Source: Camelus dromedarius (lineage: Eukaryota). From it: a DNA stretch of 64,000 nucleotides. The translations under genes and the position numbers were made by a program. This document shows, piece after piece, positions 1 to 12,530 of the stretch; the first letter of the stretch is position 1, and each line of letters starts with the position of its first letter. The notes beneath the pieces are model-generated. The model had not been told where the DNA came from and did not search any database. It was given only the letters and a program-made list of their open reading frames with translations. The DNA is taken from NCBI RefSeq assembly GCF_036321535.1, contig NC_087437.1, forward strand, positions 8,432,001-8,496,000, in the 5' to 3' direction.

Positions 1-129
1 CCATTCCCTTTGCCCTGTACCTTCCATCCTCCCAAGTCTGAATGCAAAGTTCGATTAATCTGGCCACGGGTTCTGCCAGCTGACTTCTCTTCATTCTTCC
101 AAACTCATCTCAGAAACACAATTTCACCT

Positions 130-710
130 CTGTGGCATTTCTGCCAAAAATGCTTACACAAAATCTAATAAAGAGAAAGCATCACACAAAACCAAATTGA
201 GCGACATTCTACTAAACAACTAGACTATGCACTTCAGAAATGACAAGGTCACGAAAGACAAAGAAACTGGTTTAGGCTGCAGGACACTAAACAGATATGA
301 CAACAGAGTGCAGTGCACGAGCTGAGAATTTCTCCTGCTATAAAGCGCACGTTGGGGAAATTTATGAAGTGTGATTACGGTCTGCAGGTAAGGTAGCAGT
401 ATTAGATCGGTATTAATTTTCTGATTTTGCTAATTGTAGGCTATGGAAGAGAACGTCCTTGCTTAATACACACTGGAGGATTTAAGAGTAAAGGGGACAT
501 AATCTCTGCAAGCTACACTGAAATGATTTAAAAATGTGTATTTGTATATAAATATGTACATATATGAGAGAGCATATTTTCATAAAATAACATCTAGTGC
601 ATTTGGAGGAAGTATATAGAATTCTTTGTATTATTTATGCAGCGTTTTTTTTTTTTATAAGCCTGAAATTAAATCTAAGTGAAAAAATAAAAACCATAAC
701 TAAAAAATAA
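130..710 (+). mobile_element. Old L1 (L1MC4/5- or L1ME-like) 3' UTR fragment
   Basis: 'ccaaattgagcgacattctactaaacaactagac...gacaaggtcacgaaagacaaag' resembles the recalled L1MC-type 3' end; A-rich terminus near 685-710. Confidence 0.65.
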
Positions 711-714
711 AGTC

Positions 715-970
715 CTTTTTCTCAGGTGCCTCCTCCAAGAAGTTCTCCCTGATGTTCCCCTGTCCCCACTCTTAGTTGGGGTAGGTGCTTCTGCCCTGTG
801 TGCCCTTGACCTGCACCCTGTGTCTGTCACAGCGCCCACGACACTGTGTCGTGGCCACCTGTTTATGTTGGTAAACTGTGAGCCATTTCATCATTCACCT
901 TTGTATCACCTGAGCCCAGCGGACTCCTCGTACAGAAGAGAAACTTATCACAGATTTGCTGAGTGACAAG
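715..970 (+). mobile_element. L2 3' fragment
   Basis: 'cctcctccaagaagttctccctga...aactgtgagc...tttgtatcacc...atttgctgagtga' follows the L2 3'-end pattern. Confidence 0.5.
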
Positions 971-3689
971 GTAGTGGAACTTGGCTTTATATCGAAGGTT
1001 TAGTTTTCCAGGGGCCTGCTATGAATTTCAGGCTTGCTCCTTAGGTTTTGTAGCTGAAACGTAGCACAGGTTTGGGACTCGGCACGCCTCGCCGGACAGC
1101 CGACTTCTGGCACAGCATTCACAAAGGACAGTCTCTTTGGTTTGTTTATACCTTAGTGCTGTGATTCTCAAGCTCAGAGATACAGTGAGGATACAATCAG
1201 TGGACTCTATCTAGGCATTTAACTTAAGGGAATTCCACGGTGTGTGCTCAATGCTGAGTGTGTTTAGTATTAAAAGAATCATACATGTCTTAGGGTGTAG
1301 CCTCTGAATGCCAACCATGATTCCATCTGGTGAAGAAACAGCAATCGGACCTGAAGTTGGAGACAAATCTCACTGTAAGAGCATTAGTGAGAGACTGTGT
1401 GTGTGTTTCCTACTTGTTCCCTCTTTTATGGGTATTGTTGGGTTTCGCTAAGGTCAGGTTTTGTCCGTATGCAGTGAACTGGTGTTAGAAGGTAACAACA
1501 TAAAGATGCAGCTCACTCCTCCGTTTGTGGTCTCCACGTTAACTGACTCTCACAAGAGGGTGTGCACTGCGGTCATTACTTCACACTATTTTTATCTAAT
1601 AGTTCCTTCCAAGCCAGACACTTTGCCGTTTGACCAAGATAACGGTACAACAGAAAATCAATATGACTTTTAGCCTTACTGAGTGCCGTAGAAGCCTATC
1701 TAGAAAAAGTTCAAACGTGTGCACAGGACTCTAGGGCAGGAGCTTGGCTACAGATGGTTAGAGATGCCAGGCCAAGCCAGGTTTCCTCCTGCGGTGCTTT
1801 ATCTATAACCGGGTGAATTGGACCCATGGCATACATTGTCTTTAGTTCAGAAGGGGATCTCTGTGAGGAGGAATTGGGCAGAGAGGCTCTGGTTGGTATG
1901 AATAGATGAGAAGAAGGCATTACTCCCTACACCTCAAAAATCGCTCCCTCACACATCCCACCAATCAGAGATACGTTCACAATAACAGGTTCTTCTGAAA
2001 GCTGCTGTGGAAGTTAAGCCTCCCACTGCCTATCCTTTAGTGAGAATTGATTTAATCAGGCATTTGGATTGCTTTTCCTCTAACACCTAGTGGAGAAGAT
2101 GGAATAGTTTGTGGTCCTGTTTGGAGGGTACTGAAGAAGGAGGAGAAAGGGGCAATTTTAGAGCAAGAGGTGCTTTGGGAAAGGTGCTGACTGGGAGGAA
2201 AGTGCTGAAGTGGGATGCTCAAGGTGCACAGGGGGTCCTAGGTCTGGGAAGTTGGGGAACAGAGGCAAGGAGACGGGCAGGAGGGGCCCAGGCTCCAGAA
2301 AGAGAAAGACAAAGTAGCCAAAACAGACGCAATGGTGGTAGGAATCCTGCTTGCATCCCTCCAGACAATGCATGGTTCTGCGGTTGTTCACCTTGAAGCA
2401 TTACTTGGCTTGTTTCCTCCCGAAGAATGAACTGTCTGATGCATCGACAATTATCTCAGAGTATCCCCGTGCTAGTGCTCAATGAACACTTAGTTAATAA
2501 AACATCTAGTGCCCTTGACAACTTTGCCATACCTCCTAATATTTGTCCAGGACCTTACCACCTGGAACTTAATTTAAACAAAGTCTGCCAAGCACTTGGC
2601 CAAAACTAACTTCTAAAAATGAAACGAACAAATTCCAGGGCAGCCAACCGAATAATTCTGTTATATGAACCATTGCTATTAATGGCTCATTTATCTAAAT
2701 AGCAATTTGACCTCACATGGGCATTCAAGAATTTTAAAAACAGGTGCAGTGATCTCTCCAAACCCTAAAAATCCCAGGAGACAGGAGCAGCAGGCAGAAA
2801 GCTTTCATTCTCCTCGAAATCAGTCTCGACTTCTGTGTATCATTGTGGCTGTGTGTCAATGTCGCATTCTGTCCACTCAGGCAGATGTGTTTGGTCCTCT
2901 TGCCCATCCTTCTAGATAGAAAACCAAGTGTTGAAGAGTCTTTAAACCCAGAGCTCAAAATTAGGAAGAAAGAAGCCAAGAAGAGGCTGGGGGGAGGTCA
3001 ACACCAACAAGGAAACTGCTCTTGCTGAGGGTTTGGGGAGTCGGGGGGGCCGGGGCGGGGCAAGGGGCAGTGGAGAAGGTACCTAGGGAAGGAGTAATGG
3101 TCACAGCAGGGCACAGTTTTTGCAGATTTCCCAGTTACTTGTCATCTGCTCCCAGATTTTCCCTGACAGACTCTCAGGATAACGTCTTAGAGGAAATATA
3201 TTCTTGGGGGAGGTGGAGATAAAAGTTTAAACCAGGCGGATGAGTACATTTATGAGCCAGGCAGACCCACCGTGGCTGGCGCTGCCCTTATTCAGATCCA
3301 CGTGTTCTCCCCTCTGCAGTTACGATCATCCTGTAACTGCTGGTGTTGTCTGTGACCCTCTGTTTCTGTTGCCTCACCCTGAGCCTTCAAAGTCACCCTT
3401 TACCTACTCTGGGGAAAACCTTAAACCTTCAAAACCGCCCGTATTACTTGACAGCTGGGCTTAAAAACTTTCAGTGCATTTCTAATTTCTGTGGAATAAA
3501 GCTCAAAGTTTATAGCACTCAGAACCTTCAGATTCTGTTCTTCCAACCTGATCTCTTATGACTTCCCTTTATTAATTCTAGCTTCACACAGAGGTTTTAT
3601 AATTTCTGTCTCCAGTTTTTATATACGCTTGACAAACTGCTGCTCCACCGTGCAGAGGCAAAATCAAGTGTTTTCTCATCTTTGGAAGC

Positions 3690-3934
3690 CCCTTCCTCAT
3701 AGCTCCAACTCTTACTCTGATAGGTCAAATTGAGTATATTCACTGGTATTGCCACTCAATGTACTATATACCTTGTCTACAATTTTTTTCACAACCTAGT
3801 GTAGGTGTTTATGCACTTATCTCCCCTACTAGATTTTGAACTTCTTCAAGGTGGATATCTAATTTGTTTATTTTTGTAGATGTAGGATATGACAGATAGT
3901 AAGTGCTTAACAATTGTCTATAGGATGAATGAAG
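3690..3934 (+). mobile_element. L2 3' fragment
   Basis: 'tctcccctactagattttgaacttc...agtaagtgcttaacaattgtctataggatgaatgaa' matches the L2 terminus. Confidence 0.5.
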
Positions 3935-3960
3935 TTTTCATCATTAAATCCTAGTATTTA

Positions 3961-4656
3961 TTTTGAAGAATAGTCAGTCTACAATGTTGTGTTAATTACT
4001 GGTGCACAGCATAGTAATTCAGTTGTACATATATATGTATATTCGTTTTCATATTCTTTTTCATTTTAAGTTATTATATGCTACTGAATATAGTTCCCTG
4101 TGCTACATAGTAGGACCTTGTTGTTTATCTAGTGTGTATATAGTGGTTTGTATCTGCTAATCCCAAACTCCCAATTTATCCCCCCATCCTCCCTTTTCCC
4201 TCTAGTAACCATGAGTTTGTTTTCTATGTCTGTGAGTCTGTTTCTGTTCTGTAAATATGTCCATTTGTGTCATCTTTTTAGATTCAACATATAAGTGATA
4301 TCATACAGTATTTTTCTTTTCCTGGCTGACTTGACTTAGTATGATGGTCCATCCATGTTGCTGCAAATGGCATTATTCATTCTTTTTTATGGCTGGGTAG
4401 TATCCCAAGGTATAAATATATCACATCTTCTTTATCTGTTCATCTATCAGTGGACATTTAGGTTGCTTCCATGTCTTGGCTATTGTAAATAGTGCTGCTA
4501 TGAACATTGGGGTGCATGTATATTTTTGAATTAGAGTTCCCTCTGGATATATGCCCAGGAATGGGATTGCTGGATCCTATGGTAAGTCTATTTTCAGTTT
4601 TTAAAGGAATATCCATACTGTTTCCCATAGTGGCTGCACCAAACTGTATTCCCACC
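3961..4656 (-). mobile_element. 5'-truncated L1 (ORF2 end plus 3' UTR) with 17-bp TSD
   Basis: Flanked by ttaaatcctagtattta (3944-3960) and ttaaatcccagtattta (4657-4673). Homologous to the L1 at 50061-50925 in the opposite orientation. Confidence 0.9.
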
Positions 4657-6519
4657 TTAAATCCCAGTATTTAGTTAGTAGCTCAATAAATAAAAGTGAG
4701 GACTATTTACTAAAAGCCAGCCCAGCACTGGGCTAGGTAGCCCGTCGGGGTGGGAAGTAAGGGAGACGCAGGTTGGAGAGAAGACTTTGGGCCAATGCAG
4801 ACGCGGATTCATTTTTTAGGGAAAATAAATGTAGAAAGACAATAGCTGGTGGGAAGGTAGTTCTGAAGAGGGGAGATAGTCATAATATTATAGAAAAGCA
4901 CTGTTAGGTTAAGCAATATGAATGGGAAATGTACCATTATTAGAAGGGGCTATACGCATGTTTTTGAATAGGAGTGAAATGTACTGAAATAGTAGAATCA
5001 GATGAACATGAATTGGTCAGAGAGAAAATGAACGTTGTGGTCAGCAGGGCACTGAAGCTGGAGGTCCAGAGAAGAGCAAGACACTATGTGGGTCTGATAC
5101 TCTGTCAACCACATCGAGAGGGAGAGGGAGGCAAGGGTGGCATCTGGGACGGGTTTGTGTGGGGAACAAAGCCCCGCGAGCCTACGTTTCATGGCGCCGG
5201 GGGTCTCCTCGGGGCAGCCCAGGGAACCTTCCTGCTCCATGCAGCTAGGCCTCGGTGCTGGTGAGCTGTAAAGGTTCATGAATTTTCTATTTATTGGTGC
5301 CGTGGCAGCTGCTCCAGCAAGAGGCTCACAGCCTGGTCCCTCAGCTGTACACAACTTCCTGACCCAGTGTGGAGCACTTTGAAAAAATATTGCATAATGA
5401 AAATTTCCAAACACGAAAAATGGAGAGATTTTACCCATGTACCTATGACCTGGTTTTAACAAAATCAACGTTTCATGGTCCCTTTTTATTGACATATTTC
5501 AGAGCAAATTCTGGGCTCTGATTGCTTCATACATCAGTACATCGATATGCATCTCTAACTGATAAGGATATTAAAAATAATTGTAGCCACCAAGCTGTGA
5601 TCACATGCAGGTTGCTCTTAATATGCCCAGGGGATCAGCTTCCTCCCCTCTGCCCCATCCTACTCCTCTGTCAGTGGTACGTACTATTGTTCCCATTTAT
5701 GCCTGAAGCCGTTGTCTTTCTGGCAGACGAACCAGTCATTTTACCCACTCTCCCTGGGCCAGCAGAGTCTTCTTGCAAAAATTCCACCTACAAAGAATGA
5801 AGTTTCCTGGCCCTGGCCATTGTCCAGCCTGCACCTAATGGTTTAATTACTAGAGAGATTTATTCAGCCTGTAAATGAACCTAGTGCTATTTCCAGTCTC
5901 ACTCCTCCCTGCTGTGCCAAAATTGTTCATTTAATAAAATCTCAACTTGAAGGTTCTTAGAGATATTCAAGCAGCATACATATGCTGCGTGCTTATAGAT
6001 ACATGTGGAGTGGTCTGGCCTGCCTTTCGGTTTTGGGGGGAATGAAAGAAGCTCATTCACATAGTGACTTTCCGAGACGACTGGAGGTGGTACCGATCAT
6101 GGCTGCCAGCGACCTTAGTTGTCCCTCTTTGCTGCTAGAGAAGGTCAAAACCACCTGCGTGGAGTAAGTAGGAGTGATCACCAGAGTGGATACAGAGAAT
6201 TCTGGCCCTCAAGTATTGATGATCTACTTGGGAAGACAAAGCATGTGTGTCAAGACCTAACCATCCGTCAGGCATCAGAGTTAAGGGTCCGACATCTGGC
6301 TGTCTGTGCGGCAGGCACTGCAAAGAGCGGGAGGCTCTTCTCGCTGGGAATGGTCCTAGGTTTCTTGGAGGAAGTGAGACTTCACCTGGACTTTGGCTGT
6401 TGGTGAGAACCATAGGTTGGGGGCGGATGTTTGGGAGTACAGTTTTGGGGGAGAAACACAGGACAAGCCAGGTGAGCAGGTGAGGGAACAGGCGGGCAGT
6501 GGGCAGCCCAGGAACCCAG

Positions 6520-7008
6520 TGTGGCGGTCATCTGCGGGGACCTGCCCCACGGCACCCCCTTCCCACCTGATGGAAGGCCAAGCGGCTAGACAGTTCCCCA
6601 CATTGATGGGGTCCCACCTCAAGTGTCTACGGGGAAGTCTCTGTTTTGGCCTCAGGGCTTTCTCTGATGCCCAGAAAGGCGGCTCAACACAGCAGAGACG
6701 GTCCCCAGGTGTCAGGGAGTCAACGTCAGTGGGGGCAGCCCTCAGCTAAGGGAGGCTGAAAGTTGGAGGAAATGTCCCAGAATTGTCACAGGGACAGTTC
6801 TGAGATGCATTCTCTGTGGTTTCTGCGGTGGGACCGAACCTCAGTGGCCCATGGAGGTAATCAGCTCAGCCCCACCTCTGCACAGGCTTTCCCTCCTCCT
6901 ACTGTGGGGGCGATCTCCTCCTCTCTGAGAATCCCCCGCTGAGAATTCCCCCCACAGCAAACCCCTGCACCCAAATTCCCTGCTTCTGGAGGCACCCAAG
7001 CTCAGACA
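6520..7008 (+). mobile_element. Old ERVL-class LTR (LTR16/LTR33-like)
   Basis: Internal 'gggacagttctgagatgcattctc' and 3' end 'cctgcacccaaattccctgcttctggaggcacccaagctcagaca' resemble ERVL LTR ends. 5' boundary approximate. Confidence 0.5.
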
Positions 7009-7680
7009 ACCAGGCTGGTAGAAATGAGGCACTATTCTAGGGAAAAAGTGAGAAATAATTCCAGAAGGGTAGATTGATGAAGACTTGTTACAATTTTTTT
7101 TAACCAGTTAAAAAGAATGAATCCTCCTTCCCTATTTGCTTTCTGCTTGCTTCTTCCTCCCTGTTATTTCGAAAAAGTGAGACTGCAAGTCATACCTTTT
7201 AGAAGACAATTTACATGGAACAAGGCATGGCTTGTGTCCCAGTGTCTCTCATTTCATTAAATGACAATCCCTTCTTCCCACTGCTCTGGCTACAGATGTT
7301 CAGGGCTTCTCAGACTTTCTCTCAGACTTTCTCAGACTTCTCAGACTTTCCTCTCTCTCTCTTTTTTCCCCCCACAACCCATGTCTATCCATCAGAAAAT
7401 CTGTCAGCTGTGCCTTCTCAGTATGTGCAGAATCTGGCTGTCTCAGCACCTTCACTGCTCCCACGCTGGATTAAACTGCAGCTCTTTCTGTCACTGGGGT
7501 TGCTCCCAGATCATCCTGGGCTCACTTCTTCTGCCCTTAATGCTCTACAATCTGCTCTCAGCCAAACAGCCAGAGTGATTCTGTTAAACCAGAGATGAGA
7601 GGGCGACTCTCCAATCCTCATCACCCTCTTATGATTTCCCATCCTACTTTGGGTAAAAGCCATCATTCTTACAGTGACTA

Positions 7681-8266
7681 TGTTACTGGAGGGTAGGTTC
7701 TTGTCTCTTGCAGGAAAGAATTCAAGAGCAAGCCATAGGAAGGTGAAAGCAGGTTTATTTAGAGAGATGCACACTCCACAGAGAGAACAGTCTGTCTCAG
7801 AAGGGAGAGCGGCCCCAGGAGATACACATTCTATAGTGAAGTGAAGATAGATGTATTCAGGGAGATACACACTCCACAGACAGAGCTGGGGCCAGCTCAG
7901 ACTGCAAGAGAGGTGGCCCCGGGGTGCAGGGGAGGTTAGTATTTATGGGCTGGGTGATTTCATATGCTTACAAGTGGGAGGATTATTCCAACCGTTTTGG
8001 AGAAAGGGTGGAGGTTCCCAGGAATTAGGCCCCTGCCTCCCACTTTGTGGCCTTTTATGGTCAGCCTGGGAACTGTCAAGTCACCTGTGGGTCTGTCACT
8101 TAGCAGCGAATGTATTACAGTGAGCCTATAATGAGGCTCAAGGTCCACTGGGAGTCCAGTCTTCTGCCATCTTGGGCCTACCTGGTTCTAACCAGCTCAT
8201 GTCATACCCTCAACGGCTGTGTCATTCTTTTAATAGTTGTGCTCTGTCCCCTTCCCTCCTGTCTCA
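7681..8266 (-). mobile_element. ERV1-type solo LTR
   Basis: TG...CA termini (tgttactgg...cctgtctca), reverse polyA signal tttatt near 7754, collinear with the LTR at 17437-18020. TSD not clean (acta/acag). Confidence 0.8.
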
Positions 8267-8699
8267 ACAGAGTAAAACCAGTTTTTACATAATCTTTCAT
8301 TTCTTTCCTTCTTTGACCTCTTTTCTTAGTACTCACCCCCTTGCTTGTTCAACTCCAGCCCATTGGCCTCACTGCTGCCACTCAGACAGGCCAGCACGCT
8401 TCCCACTCAGAGTCTCTGCACTTATATAACCTCTCCCGAAGTGCTTCCCCACCGGAAACCCATACGGCTCCCTTGGCCCCTCCTCAGCTGTCTGCTCCCC
8501 CATCATTTTCACATTCAGTCCTCCCTGATCTAAAATTCCACCCCACCCGACACTTCCTTCCCCCTTGGAACTTTTCACCATCTAATAAATACTTTTCTTG
8601 CTCATTTAAGAATTTCTAATCTCTTTTTCCTTTCTAGGAGGCAAGCTCCATGAGGGCAGGTGTTTTTCCTTGAATTTTTTTTTGGTGTTCTTTCTAGCC

Positions 8700-8700
<1 letters not shown>

Positions 8701-8736
<36 letters not shown>
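8701..8736. repeat. (AC)18 microsatellite
   Basis: Direct reading. Confidence 0.98.
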
Positions 8737-8738
<2 letters not shown>

Positions 8739-10339
8739 ATAGTGGAAGAATACAATTTGTGGATGTCTGATAAGTGGATAGTCAATAAGTGTGCCCCCAA
8801 AGGCTTAGTGGATGCAAACAAATATGTGTAAATAGGAATGTCTAAGAAATAAAGGAACAAAAATGAAAGAAGTATGTGACCATGACCTTTCTGAGGCTCT
8901 GTTTTTTTCAGCTGAGAAGGGGGATCTGATATCTAACTTACGGGAGCAAATCAGATAAAGTATTTAAAGATCTTAAGAGAGGAAAGAACGTAGGTAGATG
9001 GTAGAAATTACTATGTATCAGAATCTGTGTCCTGATTTTTAGTTCAGGGTCTTGAGCCCAAGGTCTTGAAATTTATACCTTAAGCCGTAAGAGGTCCCTT
9101 CTAGAGGTTTTATAAATGATGTTTAAGATAATGAGAGTCACTTTTACCATTCATTTTTCTCCAGGAAGCAGGTGGGAATGAATCCCTCTGCCTCTTTGAC
9201 TGGCTGAAAGTGCCATATGGAAGTTTCTAGACTAGACCACAGGCTCCGACAGAGCAGAGAGCTGGTTACCTTGCACACTGCGGCGTTGCCAGTGACCGCA
9301 CCTGGTGTAGAGCGAGTGCCTGGTGAGTCTGTGCTGAGTGAACAAATGAAGACAATGTGAAGTTCTCCCTTCGTTTAAGAGGTTCTCATTAGCATGGCTG
9401 AGATTTAGCAAGATCTGCGATCTGTTTCCTTGCTCCCAGCAAGAAGCCACAGATGTGGACTTCACCTGTCTTCCTGATCCACCCCCTCCCCGGTCTTCGG
9501 TCTGGATTGGGTCTCTCCTTAGCTGCTTCTCTGTGCAGCTTCTCCCATCCATCCTCAGTGCATGGCTGGCCCAACATCTGCCCCTTTTGTACTGAGCACA
9601 GTGCTGGGAGAGGAAGGCAGGGACTCCCCGCGTCCGCGGTCCCACAGCACAAGCTTCCCTTGAGGGAGTGATTGTGTGGGTACCAGGAGGCGCGGAGTGA
9701 GCTGGGCAGGGGTGTCTGGGTGGGTAGTTTATGTAAGAGCTGGAGCAGCGATTGTGTCGGGAGGGACAGTGATGTCACAGTGACCCCCCATGTTTTAAGA
9801 CCAGAGAGCGCTGTCTACTATAATATCAAAAATGAGGTGCTCCTCCCATGGAACTTTTCTACTTTTTAGAGAAACATTGTTCCCATTTGTGGGCAGTGTA
9901 GCTGATAGAGAGGAAGATGTCTGTTTCCACGGTTCCATCTGGCTTATTTTCTCTTGCCTCCCGAGGGTTAGAGCCTTTGTTAGTAAAATCAGCACAAAGG
10001 TTTTATGCAGGTGATGACCTGCCAGTTCAGATCATTTGGCTTCTTTCCTGGGGGTGTGGGGAGAGGGGTTGAAGAGTGGCTTTTAAAGAGGACCTGTTCA
10101 CTGTGAGTTTTGGACAGATGGGTCATCACTTGGTTGTTTTACTTCATTTACACAGATTTCCAAAAAAAGATGTGGTTTCAGGGAGGCAGGGGGAAAAAAA
10201 AGAAAAAAAAAAGAAAAAAAAAAAGAAAATGTGAGTTACAGCCTTAGTGTTTTACCTTTTTAAAGACCTAATCTTTATTAATTGTAGTCACTGGTTTAAT
10301 AATGACATAAAAGTCAGTTACCTAGGGTGCGCCGACTGC

Positions 10340-10665
10340 CAGGAGCAAAGACCTCAAATATACAAGTGGTTCAAACAGGAACTTATTCTTGCTCAGGTGA
10401 CAGTCTTGGGGTGGTGAACTGGTCAGCAGATAGGGGTCCACCCCTGGCATTCAGAAACTCAGGTGCACGGAGGCTCTGTCTTATTCAGGCTCCAAGTGGG
10501 CCTGGTTTTTCTCCTGATTTTCCCTTTCTAGTTAGTAGGTAGGGAAAGAGAGCAAGTTTTTATGTGCCGAGTTTAGAAGTGGTCTGTGTGGTTTCTCCTT
10601 CTGTTCCATTGGCTAGAATCAGGTTGTGTGGTCACGTCTAACTTCAAAGGAGTCTGGGTAGTGCA
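10340..10665 (-). mobile_element. MaLR LTR (MLT1J/K-like) fragment
   Basis: 'ttccattggctagaatcaggttgtgtggtcacgtctaacttcaaaggagtctggg' resembles the MLT1 motif. Confidence 0.55.
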
Positions 10666-10667
10666 CG

Positions 10668-11272
10668 TGCTTAGGTTCCTTAGGAAACGGAATCTAAGAC
10701 AAGGGCTAAGTTCTAATGCTTTATCGGAGGGCTAGAAGTCTAGGGCAGTGAGGGTGAGTGGGAAGGAGTGGAGGCAGAAAAGGATGGTGAGCTCAACGCG
10801 AGGTCACACGCTGACTGTTTCTTCACCAGAAGTTGCAAGAGATGGCAGGTCACTAGGTCACTTAGCAGGTCAAGGTCAACCCACTTGGGCAGGCTGTGTG
10901 GTAGAAATTGGGATCCAGAACATTCCGTGGCTGCGAGGAAGGAGAAGAGAATTTACCTGCCTGCCTCTCTCCCATCTTTTGCCTCTTACTGGTCCAAGTT
11001 TGCCCCAGAATTTTGCCCCTCAGCTCAACAGATTTGCACCCATTCATCACCTTCCGCTGCTACTCAGATGCGAAAGCAAATGTGCTTTGGTGCGGCATTT
11101 CACCAGAGTCTGAGTCCGTAAGGGGCAGGAGAAGACAGAGACTCATGTGTGGCGAGTTGGCCTCCAGCAGGAAAGCTTCCCGGGTCTGCACTGAGTGGGC
11201 GGCTGCGCTGGCAGCTGTCTGGAGGATAAGTGAAGTCAATCCAATCTGAAAAGTTACAAAAAAGGTCTTACA
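10668..11272 (-). mobile_element. ERVL-class LTR, putative 3' LTR of the adjacent internal remnant
   Basis: Starts 'gcttaggttccttaggaaacggaatctaagacaagg...gctttatc' (reverse LTR 3' end with degenerate polyA signal), ends ...ttaca, abuts ERVL internal sequence. Confidence 0.5.
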
Positions 11273-12190
11273 TCTTCAGTGAAGATCAGTGTCTTCATGG
11301 ATGCCCTCTAATTATGTCTGGTTCACAAACTAAACTGTGGGACAACGTTATCTTGTTAGAAGAAGAGGACATCACAGCTCCTGGGAAGTGGAGGTCCAAG
11401 TCCAGCCGGTCACAGAGCCACCTTCACGGTGCATTTTCCTGAGAGAGACAAGGCAGGAGGCGGCAGTGAAAAGCACCTCCAGTCCCTGCTTCTGCCGCCG
11501 GTCCAGAGACTCTCACGGACACTTCTCATCCCGGTCCTCCACCACCCACTGTGGACTTTCCCCCTCTCTGCAAACACCTCCACGGGTCTGCTTGCCTAGT
11601 GGGGTGACCTGGACCTTCACTTTGTGGATTCTAAGCCCTCTGTGGCCCTCCTGTTATTGGATTGTGGTTGTTACAATTGGCCAATGACAGTTATTACAGG
11701 ATATGGAAATGCTAAGAGATGCCTTAATGAACGTCCTGTATTTGTAGACATTGTGTAGAAGTGACCCTCACTTCTTACGGTCATCAAGGTTGATTATCGC
11801 GGCCAGCACAGTAATCGGTTTCTTTGACTGCTGCTGTCATGAAGCGTTCAAACCATCCCAGGGTACACACAGCCTCTAATTCCATGGAACCACCGTTATG
11901 TCTCCCACGCAAAAGTGTTCCTTTCCTGGGAATGGGAACCTGCGACCCAACGGAGCCTGGAGCTGTGGGATTGGAGGCACAGAGCCCACCGGTGGGTTAT
12001 TGAGGCTGATGATGAGATGGACAACTCTATTTCTACCTCTTTGTTCTTGGACTTTTCAGGGTGTTGGAGGCATGGCATCACCTGTCACGTCCTGGTGCAG
12101 CACAGACACTGCACCCTGGGGTCAGAGTCCCAGCTGTGTTGTTCCTGATGTGGCCTCTTGGCTGAGCCCTTAACAGATCATTCCTCTGTT
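11273..12190 (-). mobile_element. Degenerate ERVL-type internal region (integrase C-terminus / dUTPase-like 3' end)
   Basis: Minus-strand peptide SKNKEVEIEL (ORF 11896-12081) resembles ERVL pol SRNQGVEMGV; nucleotide layout parallels the recalled HERVL/HERV16 3' internal region. No long ORF. Confidence 0.55.
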
Positions 12191-12379
12191 CTTTTGGTCG
12201 GCTGCTTCAGAGTGATGAATTCATTTGTTAGAAAAGGCATAGATGATCTTCCAAATATACCTCTTTAATCATCAGTAAAATGAAAACACAAAACAAGGTG
12301 TGTCAATAATTTCATAAGCCTTAAACTTTGTATGAAGAGTCTGAATATTCCGTTCTTAGCAGAGAAAAAGAGTATCTTA

Positions 12380-12530
12380 TTATCAGATAGAAACTTAAGA
12401 GATCAGCTAATTCAACAGCTCCATTTTACAAAAGAAAAATGGAAGCTCAGAGAGAAAGAATGACTTAATAGGGGCCACAGCTAGTCAATGGGCGAATCGT
12501 TGCTGCGTGCAGGTTTTCTGATTTCCAGCT
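12380..12530 (-). mobile_element. MIR SINE fragment
   Basis: 'ccattttacaaaagaaaaatggaagctcagagag...tgactt' is a reverse MIR core. Confidence 0.6.

Larger units (their letters stand above)
7240..8800 (+). mobile_element. L2 fragment interrupted by an LTR and an (AC)n tract
   Basis: L2 motifs 'cagccagagtgattctgttaaa', 'aaagccatcattcttacagtgac' and 'gcaagctccatgagggcagg' on both sides of the 7681-8266 insert. Confidence 0.6.

Noticed and set aside
836..854. Perfect 9-bp inverted repeat ccacgacac-t-gtgtcgtgg, and similar hairpins near 34912 and 39724
   Set aside because: Arms of 9-11 bp are expected occasionally by chance at this window length, and two of the three lie in old repeats.
1300..1385. 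ATG-started short frame ending at a gtaaga donor-like site
   Set aside because: Peptide not recognised; such matches are common by chance.
4974..5495. 165-aa minus and 96-aa plus ORFs
   Set aside because: No recognisable homology; lengths expected by chance in 64 kb across six frames.
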